DNA of 64,000 nucleotides from Myxococcales bacterium (GTDB lineage: Bacteria > Myxococcota_A > Polyangia > Polyangiales > Ga0077539): the NCBI GenBank assembly GCA_016793325.1, contig JAEUKI010000087.1:116189-180188 (forward strand). The letters are read 5' to 3'. This document shows, piece by piece, positions 46,616-56,214 of the stretch (the stretch's first letter is position 1; each line of letters opens with the position of its first letter). The translations under genes were made by a program, and so were the position numbers. The notes beneath the pieces were generated by a model. That model did not search any database. It saw only the letters and a list, made by a program, of their open reading frames with translations, and was not told where the DNA came from.

Positions 46616-47032
46616 ATGCGAGACTCGATCACTGGGCCGCTGATCTTCGCGGGCGTTGGCGCGCTGCTCGTCCTCGGATCGCTCGTGGGCTTCCTTCGGC
46701 AGCGCTCGAAGTTTGCGCGATGGACGCCGACCCAGGGAATCATCGTGAGCCATCGCGTACGGCACTCGCGCCGCGACGGTCGGACGCGGACGTACTACCA
46801 CCCGATCGTGCGATTTCACGCGGGCGGCCGCGAGTGGCTCTACGAGAGCTCGCTCAGCACCAGCCAGAAGCGCCGCGAAGAGGGCTCGTCCGTCGCGGTC
46901 CGCTACGACCCGTCGAACCCCGAGTCGGCGTGCATCGACGAGGTTGGCGAGAAGTACTTCGTCGCGATGCTGCTCGGCGCGATCGGGTCGGTGTTCTCGA
47001 CGGTCGGCGGTTATCTGCTCACGAGGGAGTGA
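46616..47032 (+). CDS. DUF3592-like membrane protein
   Basis: Trimmed to aa14 (MRDSITG). TM helix, then a beta domain (WTPTQGIIVSHRVR...YYHPIVRFHAGGREW...VAVRYDPSNP), then a C-terminal TM helix. Confidence 0.7.
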   Translation: MRDSITGPLIFAGVGALLVLGSLVGFLRQRSKFARWTPTQGIIVSHRVRHSRRDGRTRTYYHPIVRFHAGGREWLYESSLSTSQKRREEGSSVAVRYDPSNPESACIDEVGEKYFVAMLLGAIGSVFSTVGGYLLTRE

Positions 47033-47063
47033 TCGGCGCGCATCGCGTTCACTCGAACGCCCG

Positions 47064-47238
47064 CGGCCTCACCCCCGCTGCCGCGCGCCCCTCTCCCGCG
47101 AGGGATCGCGGGAGAGGGGCTTTGATTTTGTGGGCCTGGCCGGAGCCGTCGCTCTTCTGCCACGACACTTCGATCCCGATAGCCCCTCTCCCGCGATCCC
47201 TCGCGGGAGAGGGGCGCGCGGCAGCGGGGGTGAGGCCG
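47064..47238. repeat. perfect 58-bp inverted repeat pair with 59-bp spacer (REP/MITE-like)
   Basis: 47064-47121 is the exact reverse complement of 47181-47238. Each arm contains a 14-bp stem with a GGGA loop. Both crossing track ORFs translate the identical peptide RPHPRCRAPLSREGSRERG. Confidence 0.9.
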
Positions 47239-47347
47239 AGGTCCCGAACCTGCGCCGGCCATCGAAAAAAAGTGCCGCGCCGTCAAAGAACGCGCGTCCG
47301 CGCGCGTATCAAGCGTCTACGCAATGCTCCACACAAAGGATGGCTCC

Positions 47348-48469
47348 ATGCGACTCGCGCTCATTGGACTCACGGTTGTGTCGTTGGTGGGCTGCCGCCC
47401 GGTGTCGCAGGCAGCGCTGATTCCCGCGGTGTTGTTCGGCATGCTGGGGGACGACGAGGAGTCCTCTCAGGTGCTCCCTGTCGAAGTGACGAACGTCGCA
47501 CCCGTGGCGCGCCCGGTGCGATGCGATCCGAGCACGGGGGTCGGTTGCCCACTCGCGCCGACAGTCACTTGCCCGAGCGCGTTTCGATTCGCCGCGGGGA
47601 GCGCTACGACGCTTCGCGCGTCGGCGACGGGGCAGGACGTTCGCGTTCGCTGGAGCGTCGGGAGTTCACCGGGACAGCACGGGTTTCGTTTCGCGCCGAG
47701 CTTCGAGAGTCGCGAGACCGATCGCGTCGTCGCAGAGGGGCGCGAGGTTCCCTTCACGGCGGTGATCGTGGGGGACTACACGCTTCGCGTGCAGGCCGTG
47801 GACGCCTTCGGTCGCGCGGCGCATTGCGAGTCCACGGTGACGGCGATCTCCCACGGACTCCGCGTCGAACTCACGTGGAACACGGATCGAAGCGACGTCG
47901 ACCTGCACATGCTCTCTGGGCGCGACGCGCGGTGGTTCACCGCGAGCGACTGCTACTACGGAGCGCGCCAGCCCGATCAATCGCTGGCCAATCACGCGCA
48001 GAGGCGTTGGCTCGACACCGACGACGTCAACGGCTTCGGCCCAGAGAACATCCGCGTCGACGCGCCGGACCCCGCGCAGACGTATCGCATCGGCGTGCAC
48101 TTCTACTCGGCGCACGAGCAGCGCGAGCGCACGACGCCCACCGTGCTCGTGTACTGCGGCGAAGCGCTGCGCGGTCGGTACACGCGCCCCATGTCCGGCT
48201 CGCGCGGATCGATGGAGAACGACTTCTGGGAGGTCGCGTCGGTTCGCTTCGACGCCAACGGCGAGTGCTCGCTCGAAGAAGTGCACCGCACCTCGCGCGC
48301 ATCGGACGTGTCCAATCGCGCTTCGACCGACGTGCGATCGCGCGATCCGCGCGACGCTCCGACGATCGACCCCGTGCAAAGCGCTCGCGGCAGCGCGGCG
48401 TCGTGCGCGGGCGCGGGGTGCGAGGGGCGGACCGACGCGCCGAGCGCACACGAGCCGTCAATCGATTGA
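47348..48469 (+). CDS. lipoprotein with DUF2135/YfaP-like domain
   Basis: Trimmed to aa9 (MRLALIGLTVVSLVGC) with AAGGA upstream. LRVELTWNTDRSDVDLHM...DDVNGFGPENI resembles the YfaP-type domain. Confidence 0.65.
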   Translation: MRLALIGLTVVSLVGCRPVSQAALIPAVLFGMLGDDEESSQVLPVEVTNVAPVARPVRCDPSTGVGCPLAPTVTCPSAFRFAAGSATTLRASATGQDVRVRWSVGSSPGQHGFRFAPSFESRETDRVVAEGREVPFTAVIVGDYTLRVQAVDAFGRAAHCESTVTAISHGLRVELTWNTDRSDVDLHMLSGRDARWFTASDCYYGARQPDQSLANHAQRRWLDTDDVNGFGPENIRVDAPDPAQTYRIGVHFYSAHEQRERTTPTVLVYCGEALRGRYTRPMSGSRGSMENDFWEVASVRFDANGECSLEEVHRTSRASDVSNRASTDVRSRDPRDAPTIDPVQSARGSAASCAGAGCEGRTDAPSAHEPSID

Positions 48470-48758
48470 TTTTTCATCGGATCGCGCGCGGCGCACGGCG
48501 TCGATCAGCGCTGTGAATCCCTGGTGATCTACAGCTCGATTGCGTCGTGTCCCCCCGATCGACCTGGACGCGCCCGAGCGCTCGGATCCGTGATGACCGC
48601 GTGTTTCGATGGCGGCAATCATCACGCGACCGGCGGTGGCGCTCTGATTGTGTACCAACGCCGCGGACGATTCGGGATAGCGTCCCGCCGTCCGCGTGGA
48701 CGTTCCGCGGGCCATTCGCGCACCTACGCGCTGACCCCATCACCATGAGGAACGAACG

Positions 48759-49790
48759 GTGGACGTATTAACAGCGCTCTCGAACAAGAGCGACTACTCA
48801 CGCAATCAACTACAGCTCATCGTGAGCGCATGGATCATGAGCGGCCTCGCCGAGAAGAAGAGCAAGATCTCTCTTCACGACGGCGATGTCTCCGAGGACG
48901 ACTACGACAAGCGGTCGTTGTACTCGCTCTTGTACGCGCTCTACCGCTCGATGGGCGACGTGCGCGACGAGCACGGACAGCGCTACGAGTTCACGTTCAA
49001 CACGTGGGGGTACACGTGGCCGAAGTCCTGGGGTGAGGCGCCGGACCATCAGCGCGACCCGCAACGGTTCGGGCGCAACGCGTACTCGGGCCTGTACCAC
49101 TCGGACCCCGTGAAGGCGTACGTGAAGGCCCGCGACGGCGAGGTCCATATCGTCGAAATGGGCTGTGGAACGGGCGCCGGAGCGCACCACGTCTGTTCGA
49201 ACGTGCTCCCCAAGTGCACGTACGAAGCGGTCGACATGCAGCAGGCCGCGATCCGCACGTGCGAGCGCAAGTTCGTTCCGGACCTGCCGGGGCGACTGCA
49301 GGCCACGTGCTCGGACGCGACGCACCTCGCGCGACCCAAAGACTTCGCCGACTTCGTCGCCGTCAACGAGACGCACGTGACCGAGCTCGTCGGCGTCGTG
49401 ACCGAAGAGGACGACCGCTTCTTTCGCAAGGCACACCACATGATCAAGCCGGGCGGCTTTCTCGTGTGGGGCAACGCGATCCCCGACCCGACGTGGGACG
49501 CCTGCTTCAAGTTTCTCGAGACGCTCGGCTTCGAGCTCGTCGACGAGACCGACGTGACCGAAGAAGCGGTCCGCGCGCGCGACGAAGACAAAGCCCGCAT
49601 CGACACGTACGTCGACCAGTGCATCGAGGCCTTTCACGGCTTCAAGATCCCCGTGCTCGGCGCGAAGAAGCGCGCCGAAGCGGACGTCGCGCTCAAGAAC
49701 TTCGCGCGCAACCCCGACACGCGGCTCTACTTGAACATGGTCGAGCGCAAGGACACCTACCGCGTCGTCGCGCTGCAAAAGAAGCGCTGA
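48759..49790 (+). CDS. class I SAM-dependent methyltransferase
   Basis: GTG start. Motif I VEMGCGTGAG and post-I EAVDM. A later IKPGGFLVW. The N-terminal FNTWGYTW resembles the nxGyW box of small-molecule/lipid methyltransferases. Confidence 0.85.
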   Translation: MDVLTALSNKSDYSRNQLQLIVSAWIMSGLAEKKSKISLHDGDVSEDDYDKRSLYSLLYALYRSMGDVRDEHGQRYEFTFNTWGYTWPKSWGEAPDHQRDPQRFGRNAYSGLYHSDPVKAYVKARDGEVHIVEMGCGTGAGAHHVCSNVLPKCTYEAVDMQQAAIRTCERKFVPDLPGRLQATCSDATHLARPKDFADFVAVNETHVTELVGVVTEEDDRFFRKAHHMIKPGGFLVWGNAIPDPTWDACFKFLETLGFELVDETDVTEEAVRARDEDKARIDTYVDQCIEAFHGFKIPVLGAKKRAEADVALKNFARNPDTRLYLNMVERKDTYRVVALQKKR

Positions 49791-49845
49791 AACGCGCGCG
49801 CCGCCGCGGCGACGGCTCGACTGGGCTACGCTGTGCGTCGCGCCG

Positions 49846-50280
49846 ATGGATCCCTCGCACCACGCGCGAACGAACGCCCTGCCCGGCGCAGAGGCTCGTC
49901 GTCGGACGCTCCTCGCGCTGAGCGCCGTCTGCGCCGCGATGATGACCTACGTGGGTCTCTATCAAGCGCGCGTGCTCCGCGCGCTCGTGTGTCCCGGTCT
50001 CGGTAGGCGCTGCGAACAAGTCGCGGACCTGCCGTCGCCGTACCCGTTTGCGGCGCCCGACGGCTTCGTCGCGGCGGGTGGGTATCTCGTGCTGTTCGCG
50101 TTGGCCATTCGGCGGCGCGCGTCCGCGCGATGGAAGCGCGCGACGCTCGTGTACGCCGTGGCGATCGCGACGATCCACGTGCTCGGCGTGATCGATCAGG
50201 CGAGGGCGGGCACCGCGTGCTTCTGGTGTGTGCTCGCCGCGCTGTGCGGACCCGCGCTCGTGTGGGCCGCGCGCGCGTGA
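49846..50280 (+). CDS. VKOR-family (vitamin K epoxide reductase-like) membrane protein
   Basis: Four hydrophobic helices. Loop cysteines CPGLGRRC (C-x6-C) and an in-helix CFWC (CxxC). Confidence 0.65.
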   Translation: MDPSHHARTNALPGAEARRRTLLALSAVCAAMMTYVGLYQARVLRALVCPGLGRRCEQVADLPSPYPFAAPDGFVAAGGYLVLFALAIRRRASARWKRATLVYAVAIATIHVLGVIDQARAGTACFWCVLAALCGPALVWAARA

Positions 50281-50299
50281 GGGAGCGACGCGCTCGCGA

Positions 50300-51076
50300 T
50301 CACCGGCGAAACAAGTGACCGAGGCCGAAATAGATCAGCGCGTTGCCGAGGCGAAGTCGCGCGTCGTAGATCCCGCCCGGCGAACGGCCCTCGCGGATGT
50401 AGGTAAACGCGAAGGTCATCCGCACTTCGCCAGCGCCGAGCGGCGTGACGCGGTGATATCCGCGCGCGCCGCAGAAGAAGACGAACGTTCCGGGCGTCGT
50501 GTGGATGGACGCGGCGCGCGTGGGAGCGCTCGCAGGCTCTCTTCGTGTTTCGACTTCGAGTCGGCTCGAGCTGTCGTCGATCAGGCCGATCACGGTCGAA
50601 AACGAGTCGCCCGGCGGACAGCCGCACTCGTCGAAGTGCCAGTCCATCCAGTCGCCCTCCTCGTCGTACACGTACAGCGCCGACGCGTGCGCTTCGCCCG
50701 GGTCGCGATGCGCCAGCGAGACGCCCGTCACGCGCGAGAAGAACGCGATCAACGAGGGCGATTGATGAAGCGCGTGCATCGCCGGCGCGAGCGCTGCGAT
50801 CGGGTGGTGGTGCACCGCCGCCGCCTTGCGCACGAACGGAACGCGCTTTCGATACGCCGTCGGCGCGAGCGCGCGCGCCTCGGCGGCCATCTCGTCGACG
50901 AGCGCCGCGGGCAGAAGCGACGGGAGCACGATCAGCCCGTCGTCCTCGCGGTAGCGCCGAGCGACCGCGTCCTCGTCGATCCCCGCGAGAAATTCAACGA
51001 GGAGCGCCTCTCGATCGCGCGTCGGCGCTTCGTCCGTGAGCACCGAGCGATCGTACCCCAGGACGCACGCGCACAT
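50300..51076 (-). CDS. putative 2OG-Fe(II) oxygenase-superfamily protein
   Basis: Trimmed to aa62 (MCACVLGYD). WHFDE (HxD/E) and a later YHRVTP histidine, in a beta-rich context. Confidence 0.55.
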   Translation of the reverse strand: MCACVLGYDRSVLTDEAPTRDREALLVEFLAGIDEDAVARRYREDDGLIVLPSLLPAALVDEMAAEARALAPTAYRKRVPFVRKAAAVHHHPIAALAPAMHALHQSPSLIAFFSRVTGVSLAHRDPGEAHASALYVYDEEGDWMDWHFDECGCPPGDSFSTVIGLIDDSSSRLEVETRREPASAPTRAASIHTTPGTFVFFCGARGYHRVTPLGAGEVRMTFAFTYIREGRSPGGIYDARLRLGNALIYFGLGHLFRR

Positions 51077-51146
51077 TTCAACGACCTCCCCGTTGGATCG
51101 CGTCTTCAAAACGCAGGATGCTCCGAAGGGTCCGAGGGACGCACCG

Positions 51147-52352
51147 ATGCCAGAGCTCGACACGACTGCGTGGTATGCGTTCGGGGTTCCGCTGTACCTC
51201 GCGCTGGTGGCGGTCGAAGCTGCGTTGGGGCGGCGTCGCCGTGTGCGTGTATTCAACATTCCCGAGACGATCTCGAACCTGACCGCCGGCCTCGGGACGC
51301 TCTTGATCGGGCTCTTCGTCGGGCCGTACGTGCTCCGCGCGTGGGATTTTGTGTGCGCGAACGCGGCTCCGTATCGATGGCCCCCGCACGGCGCGTGGCG
51401 TCTGCCAGCGGCGCTCGTGCTCGCGGACTTCTGCTACTACGCGTACCACCGCGCGGGGCACCGCTTCGCCGTGTTTTGGGCGATTCACGGGATCCACCAC
51501 CAACACGAGCACCAGAATTCATCGGTGGCCTTCAGGCTCGAGTGGCTCGCCGATCCGTACGCGGCGCTGTTCTTCGGGCTCATGCCGCTCGCGGGCGTCG
51601 ACTCGACCACGGGATTCGCTGCGATCGCGCTGCTCTCGCTCTATACGCTCACCGCGCACGCTCCGACGCTCGCGCGTCGCACGTTCGGGTTCTTGATCAC
51701 GCCCGCGATTCACGGCGCGCACCACTCGCGCGACGCGCGCTACGCCGAGAGCAACTACGGCGCGATGCTCGGCGTCTGGGATCGCTTGTTCGGAACATGG
51801 CGAGAACCCCCGCCCGGCGACGTCTTGCGCGCGGACCTGCCCTCGATTTCACGCACACACAACGGTGTGTCCGCGCAGTGGGGCCTCGTCCTCGAGCTCC
51901 TCCGCGAGCTTCGCGCCGCCCCGTCGCTGCGCGCTGCGTGGTCGAGGCTCACCGCGCGTCCGACCATCGCGAGCGCTCCGTCGCCGCTTCGCGAAGAGCG
52001 CGAGATCGACTCGGCCACGCTCCGCTACGCGGTCGCGCAGTTCTGCGCGCTCTCGGCGCTCGCGCTCTGGGTCCTTTGGTTTCGCGCGGATCGCGGGCTC
52101 TCGGTGCCGGTCGTCGCGACGACCACGGTGCTCGCTGGCTTTTGGGCGATCGGCGAGCTGCTCGACGGCGCTCCGCGCGCGGCGCGAAACGAGTCGTGGC
52201 GCCTCGCGGGCTCGATCGCGGTGAGCGCGTGGCTTGTGCCCAGGGCTCCGTTCGCCGCGGCGTGGCTCGCTGGGACGTCGCTCGTCGGGCTCTTCGCGCT
52301 GTCGAACCACGCGCTCGCAGAGCGCCCGTTGCGTGGGTCTGAGCGACCGTGA
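51147..52352 (+). CDS. fatty acid hydroxylase / sterol desaturase-family membrane di-iron enzyme
   Basis: Trimmed to aa38 (MPELDTTAWY). His boxes YHRAGH, HGIHHQHEH and HGAHHSRD. An extra C-terminal membrane extension of about 150 aa. Confidence 0.85.
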   Translation: MPELDTTAWYAFGVPLYLALVAVEAALGRRRRVRVFNIPETISNLTAGLGTLLIGLFVGPYVLRAWDFVCANAAPYRWPPHGAWRLPAALVLADFCYYAYHRAGHRFAVFWAIHGIHHQHEHQNSSVAFRLEWLADPYAALFFGLMPLAGVDSTTGFAAIALLSLYTLTAHAPTLARRTFGFLITPAIHGAHHSRDARYAESNYGAMLGVWDRLFGTWREPPPGDVLRADLPSISRTHNGVSAQWGLVLELLRELRAAPSLRAAWSRLTARPTIASAPSPLREEREIDSATLRYAVAQFCALSALALWVLWFRADRGLSVPVVATTTVLAGFWAIGELLDGAPRAARNESWRLAGSIAVSAWLVPRAPFAAAWLAGTSLVGLFALSNHALAERPLRGSERP

Positions 52353-52405
52353 CGCTCGCGCGCGAGCGTAAGTGCACGGGCACGATCGGCGTTACAACGG
52401 CCACC

Positions 52406-53422
52406 ATGAGACGAATCGAGACGGTGATCTGGGGATTGCTCGCGTTGGCGGGGCCCGGTTGCGCGGGCGGCTATCGCATGGGCAGCGACCCGTGTCGCGA
52501 GCGCGGAGGAAACGCCCCGACCGAGGAGCAGCGACTCGTACCGATCCAGCTCTCGGACTGTATCGCCACGACCTCGCAGCCCGCGGCGGCCGACGCGGCG
52601 ACGCCCGAGGATGGTGGCGTCGCGCCACAGAGCGAAGAGTCGATGGCCCGCGCGATCGCGCTCTGCGAGGTGGACTGCGAGGCCCTTTGCGCTCGGGGGG
52701 CGTACGGGAGCGTTCGTTCGTGTGCGCGGTCGGCCGATCGATTGACCGTGAGCTGCACGGTCATGATGCCCGGAAGACCGTGCGGACGACTGTTCTCTGG
52801 GGTCGATCGCGGATGGAATCGACCTGAAGAATTGCTGGTCGAAATTCACGCCCTCGAGGCCGTCAGCGCGAGCGCCTTCGAGCACCTCGCGCTCGAGCTC
52901 TCGACGCTCGGCGCGCCTACGACGCTCGTCTCTCGCGCCAGGGACGCTGCGGAGGACGAGCGCCGGCACGCCACGCTCGCAGCGGAGCTTCTGCACGCGC
53001 GCGGGCTCATCGCCGATCAGCCGCCGATCGCGCCGGTCGCTTCACGACCGTTGGTCGAACTCGCTCTCGAAAACGCCGTCGAGGGCTGTGTCCGCGAGAC
53101 CTGGGGCGCGCTGTTCGCGCTGTGGCGACGGCGGATCGAGCCCGATATCGCGCTGCGCGATTTCTATGCGGCCATCGGCGAAGACGAGCTCCGTCACGCG
53201 AGCTGGTCGTGGGACCTCGACGCATGGCTCGACGCGCGCTTGACACACGATGAACGCGAGCGGGTTCGCGAGGCGCGCGCCGAGGCAATTGACGCGCTGC
53301 TCGACGCGCTCGTGCAGAAACGAGAATCGACCGCGGTCGGCCTCGCGCGGGCGCTGTTCGACGCAGCGACGGGAGCGAACCTGCGAGGCGATCGTGGCGA
53401 CGAACCTCGCGCGACTCAGTGA
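52406..53422 (+). CDS. ferritin-like domain lipoprotein
   Basis: ATG at aa20 (MRRIETVIWGLLALAGPGC). Alternatively the GTG at 52349 overlaps the upstream stop (GTGA). Paired motifs: EAVSASAFEHLALEL...AAEDERRHA and CVRETWGAL...GEDELRHA. Confidence 0.65.
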   Translation: MRRIETVIWGLLALAGPGCAGGYRMGSDPCRERGGNAPTEEQRLVPIQLSDCIATTSQPAAADAATPEDGGVAPQSEESMARAIALCEVDCEALCARGAYGSVRSCARSADRLTVSCTVMMPGRPCGRLFSGVDRGWNRPEELLVEIHALEAVSASAFEHLALELSTLGAPTTLVSRARDAAEDERRHATLAAELLHARGLIADQPPIAPVASRPLVELALENAVEGCVRETWGALFALWRRRIEPDIALRDFYAAIGEDELRHASWSWDLDAWLDARLTHDERERVREARAEAIDALLDALVQKRESTAVGLARALFDAATGANLRGDRGDEPRATQ

Positions 53423-53437
53423 CCTCGTGGCGGTCGC

Positions 53438-54619
53438 TCACGGAGCGGCCGGGCTCCATACGCGCGCTTCGGTCTGACCGACTTGAAATGTGATCACCAT
53501 TGGGCGATCGCCGTCGCGCTGCGTGATGTGCGGCCACCACACGTGCTGCGACGGGTCGCTCGCGACGAGCTCCGAAGGGCTCGCCGCTCCGACGTCCGAC
53601 ACGACGGCGCGACGCAGCGACGCGAGCGTCCCGGTCTGCGTCCATAGCGCGACGATCCGCCCTCGGTCGAACGCGACCACGGGCGTGCCTGGGTTCGTCG
53701 AGGCGGACGCGAGCAACTGCACAGGGGTGAACTGCTGCTCGTTGTGGACGATCGAGACCTTCGCGCCCTCGTCATCGATCCACGCGATCGCGTACCGGCC
53801 GCGCTCGAACGCGAACGCCGCGTCTGTCACCGAGCCCGCCACGCGGAGGCCCAGGCGCCGCACGCGGTGCTGTTGTGCGTCGCGCTCGACGAACGCGAGC
53901 CTCCCGTCGTTGTCGTGGACGAGCGCGACCCACGCGGCGCCGTTCCAGAGGAAGCGCTCGCCGCAGCGGCGCTCGTAGTCGAGGCCGGGCAGACGCAAGC
54001 CTGATCCGTCGATGAGCGTTCCGTCGGCGCGCAAGCGAACGGACCAGACGTTGTCGCGAGACGCGGAGAAGGTCGCCCACTCGCGAAGCGTCGGGCTGTA
54101 CGCCATCGAGGCGCTCGACGTTTGCGCCCACATTCCTGCTTCGAGTTGCGGCTGCTCGAGCGCCGCCGACGCGGGCCGGTTGAACATGACGAGGCGAGTC
54201 ATCACGCCTCCGTAGCCCTCGTCGTCGTACGCGATCGCGAGCCGCTCGGGGCTCTGCGCAAGGGACGCGAACGCGCTCGTCGAATGATTGGGTGGCGTGA
54301 GCAGCTCTTCTCGAACAACCGTGCGTCCGTGCAGATCCGTCCGCGCGACGTGCACTTCCATCGAGTCCTGCGCGAGCGTGCTGAACACCGTCCAGAGCTG
54401 ACCGTCGACCCAGTACGAGCGTGGGTACTGAATCGGGTTCGACTTGCGCACGACCACGAAGCTCTGTTGCATCGCGAGGCCCGCGCCGCCGGGGCGGGGC
54501 GGTGTGGCCACGGAGGCGCTCACGTTGAGTGTCGTGACGCGCGCCGTGATCTGGCGTGACTGGGGCCGCGCAGACGCGCAAGAAGCGAGCACGAAGAGGG
54601 CAGTGACGAGTAAGCGCAT
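53438..54619 (-). CDS. lipoprotein, hypothetical (beta-rich)
   Basis: Trimmed to aa46 (MRLLVTALFVLASC). Repetitive beta-strand character. No motif recognised. Confidence 0.65.
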   Translation of the reverse strand: MRLLVTALFVLASCASARPQSRQITARVTTLNVSASVATPPRPGGAGLAMQQSFVVVRKSNPIQYPRSYWVDGQLWTVFSTLAQDSMEVHVARTDLHGRTVVREELLTPPNHSTSAFASLAQSPERLAIAYDDEGYGGVMTRLVMFNRPASAALEQPQLEAGMWAQTSSASMAYSPTLREWATFSASRDNVWSVRLRADGTLIDGSGLRLPGLDYERRCGERFLWNGAAWVALVHDNDGRLAFVERDAQQHRVRRLGLRVAGSVTDAAFAFERGRYAIAWIDDEGAKVSIVHNEQQFTPVQLLASASTNPGTPVVAFDRGRIVALWTQTGTLASLRRAVVSDVGAASPSELVASDPSQHVWWPHITQRDGDRPMVITFQVGQTEARVWSPAAP

Positions 54620-54829
54620 GGTGTCGATCAACGCTTCGATTCGCTGGGACTTACGGCCGCGAGCGCTGTCGACGCATTCAAAACGGCAAGTCGGTGCCGT
54701 GACTCGCGGTTCCGATCGCGACAGCGTGACCGAAGGGCGACTCACAGCGGGCAATCACGTGGGAATTCGTTCGCGATTCGTCCGTTGTGCCCAGCGAGCG
54801 CGACGCCGCGACGGTTGTATCCTCTCCCA

Positions 54830-56179
54830 ATGACTCAGGTGCCGCGTCGTCGACCGTCACCAAACGACGCGCGGTACCGAGCCTGGGTCGTCGCAGCGCT
54901 CGTTGCCGCTGTCGCGTCTGGTGGACTTCGGTGCCGAACAAGTCCGACGCAAGCCACAACACATCGAGCGACTTCGAGCGGTGCTCCTTCTGCTCGTCCC
55001 GACGCTGCCCGAGCGTCCGCGGATGCAGGTTCGAACTCAACGCGCGTTGAATGCGGCGAAGAATTCTCGTGTGCAGAGTCAGAATACGACGCGAACAGAA
55101 ATCCTGCGCTGCATGCAGCAGGTGTCTTCTATCTCGATTGCGGCACGCAGCTCGGCCAGTCGTCGGAGCAGGTGTCGACCCACCCCCCTTCGCGAGTGAT
55201 TCACGCCGTCATGGGTGGAGGGATCGTCGAGGTCACTTCGCGCGCCGGCAGCGCTCGCGTGTGCTGGTCGGTCGGCGACTTGCGCACGCAGCGCTGCGCT
55301 GAGGCCCCGCCTGCACCGAGTCGCAGGACAACGGCAATGGGCGCAGTATCTGAAGATCCGCTCACGGACGCGATTCGAGCGCTCGCGCGCGCACGACTCG
55401 ATTTCGCCCCCGTCATCGTGGCGGCGCGGTTCATTGTGGTTCTGCGCTCGATGGATTGCCGCGGGCTGCAAGAGGGTTGGGTGATCCCCGAGCACGGCGC
55501 TGCGTGGTCGATTGGAGGAGTCAGCGCTTGGCGCGCGGACGCGTCGGGCGCGTGGATCGTCTCGAGCACCGACGCCCCACGGTGGGAACCGACCATGAGC
55601 CAGTGCTGCCGGCGCGTAAAGCACTGGCGATCGGATCGCGTCGAAATCGACGGCACGCGCGGCGCGCATCGTGAGTGGGAGAGAACACAAGCGGGCGAAT
55701 TTGCAGCGATCGGAACGTACAGAGGTCGGCTCGGGCTCTTGTTCGCCGTCAATCCCTTTCATGTGTGTGGCCCTCGGCCAACGGAGTGGGCGGCGATGGA
55801 TGGGAGCGAAGTTGTCAGCATCCCGGAGCATCAAACAGCAACGTTGCCGATAGTCTGCGGGCGGGAGACGCCGATCGCGGAGGGCGAGCTGATCGGCGGC
55901 CTGTTCGGCGCGTCGATTTGGCATTGGTACAGCGGTGACCCGCGGCAGGCAGACCCAATTCGCGACAGCGGGAGCGGTTCGATCGCGCTCGAGTGGACGC
56001 GTGCTGGGATGTGCGTTCGGTCGATCGACTACGGCGGAGACCTGATTTCTGGTCGGCCGATACACGTGACCCTCCGTGCCTCGGAGTCGCACCGACTCGT
56101 CGGAGAGTTGCTACGAGCGGAGCCCCACGAGCGAACGCCTCTTCGGTGCCGCTTCGTCCGCGACGAAACGGGTTTGTAG
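54830..56179 (+). CDS. hypothetical membrane-anchored/secreted protein
   Basis: Start at aa16 (MTQVPRRRPS...AWVVAALVAAVASGG). Contains a locally lower-GC stretch around 55040-55150. No motif recognised. Confidence 0.55.
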   Translation: MTQVPRRRPSPNDARYRAWVVAALVAAVASGGLRCRTSPTQATTHRATSSGAPSARPDAARASADAGSNSTRVECGEEFSCAESEYDANRNPALHAAGVFYLDCGTQLGQSSEQVSTHPPSRVIHAVMGGGIVEVTSRAGSARVCWSVGDLRTQRCAEAPPAPSRRTTAMGAVSEDPLTDAIRALARARLDFAPVIVAARFIVVLRSMDCRGLQEGWVIPEHGAAWSIGGVSAWRADASGAWIVSSTDAPRWEPTMSQCCRRVKHWRSDRVEIDGTRGAHREWERTQAGEFAAIGTYRGRLGLLFAVNPFHVCGPRPTEWAAMDGSEVVSIPEHQTATLPIVCGRETPIAEGELIGGLFGASIWHWYSGDPRQADPIRDSGSGSIALEWTRAGMCVRSIDYGGDLISGRPIHVTLRASESHRLVGELLRAEPHERTPLRCRFVRDETGL

Positions 56180-56214
56180 CAGCCTCGAAGGCGTATCGAC
56201 GCTCCCCCGCGCGC

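Noticed and set aside
46225-48516. 763-aa plus-strand ORF, plus ORFs 46944..47420 and 47011..47286
   Set aside because: They cross the perfect inverted repeat and translate it (RPHPRCRAPLSREGSRERG on both strands). They overlap better-supported genes in other frames.
48458-48715. 85-aa minus-strand ORF in the gap upstream of the methyltransferase
   Set aside because: Moderate GC3 only, no motif or signal, and no convincing RBS. I kept it as an open question in the findings rather than calling it a gene.
50228-52342. 704-aa plus-strand ORF
   Set aside because: It is off-frame relative to the His-box fatty acid hydroxylase gene and antisense to the 2OG-oxygenase-like gene. Arg-rich.
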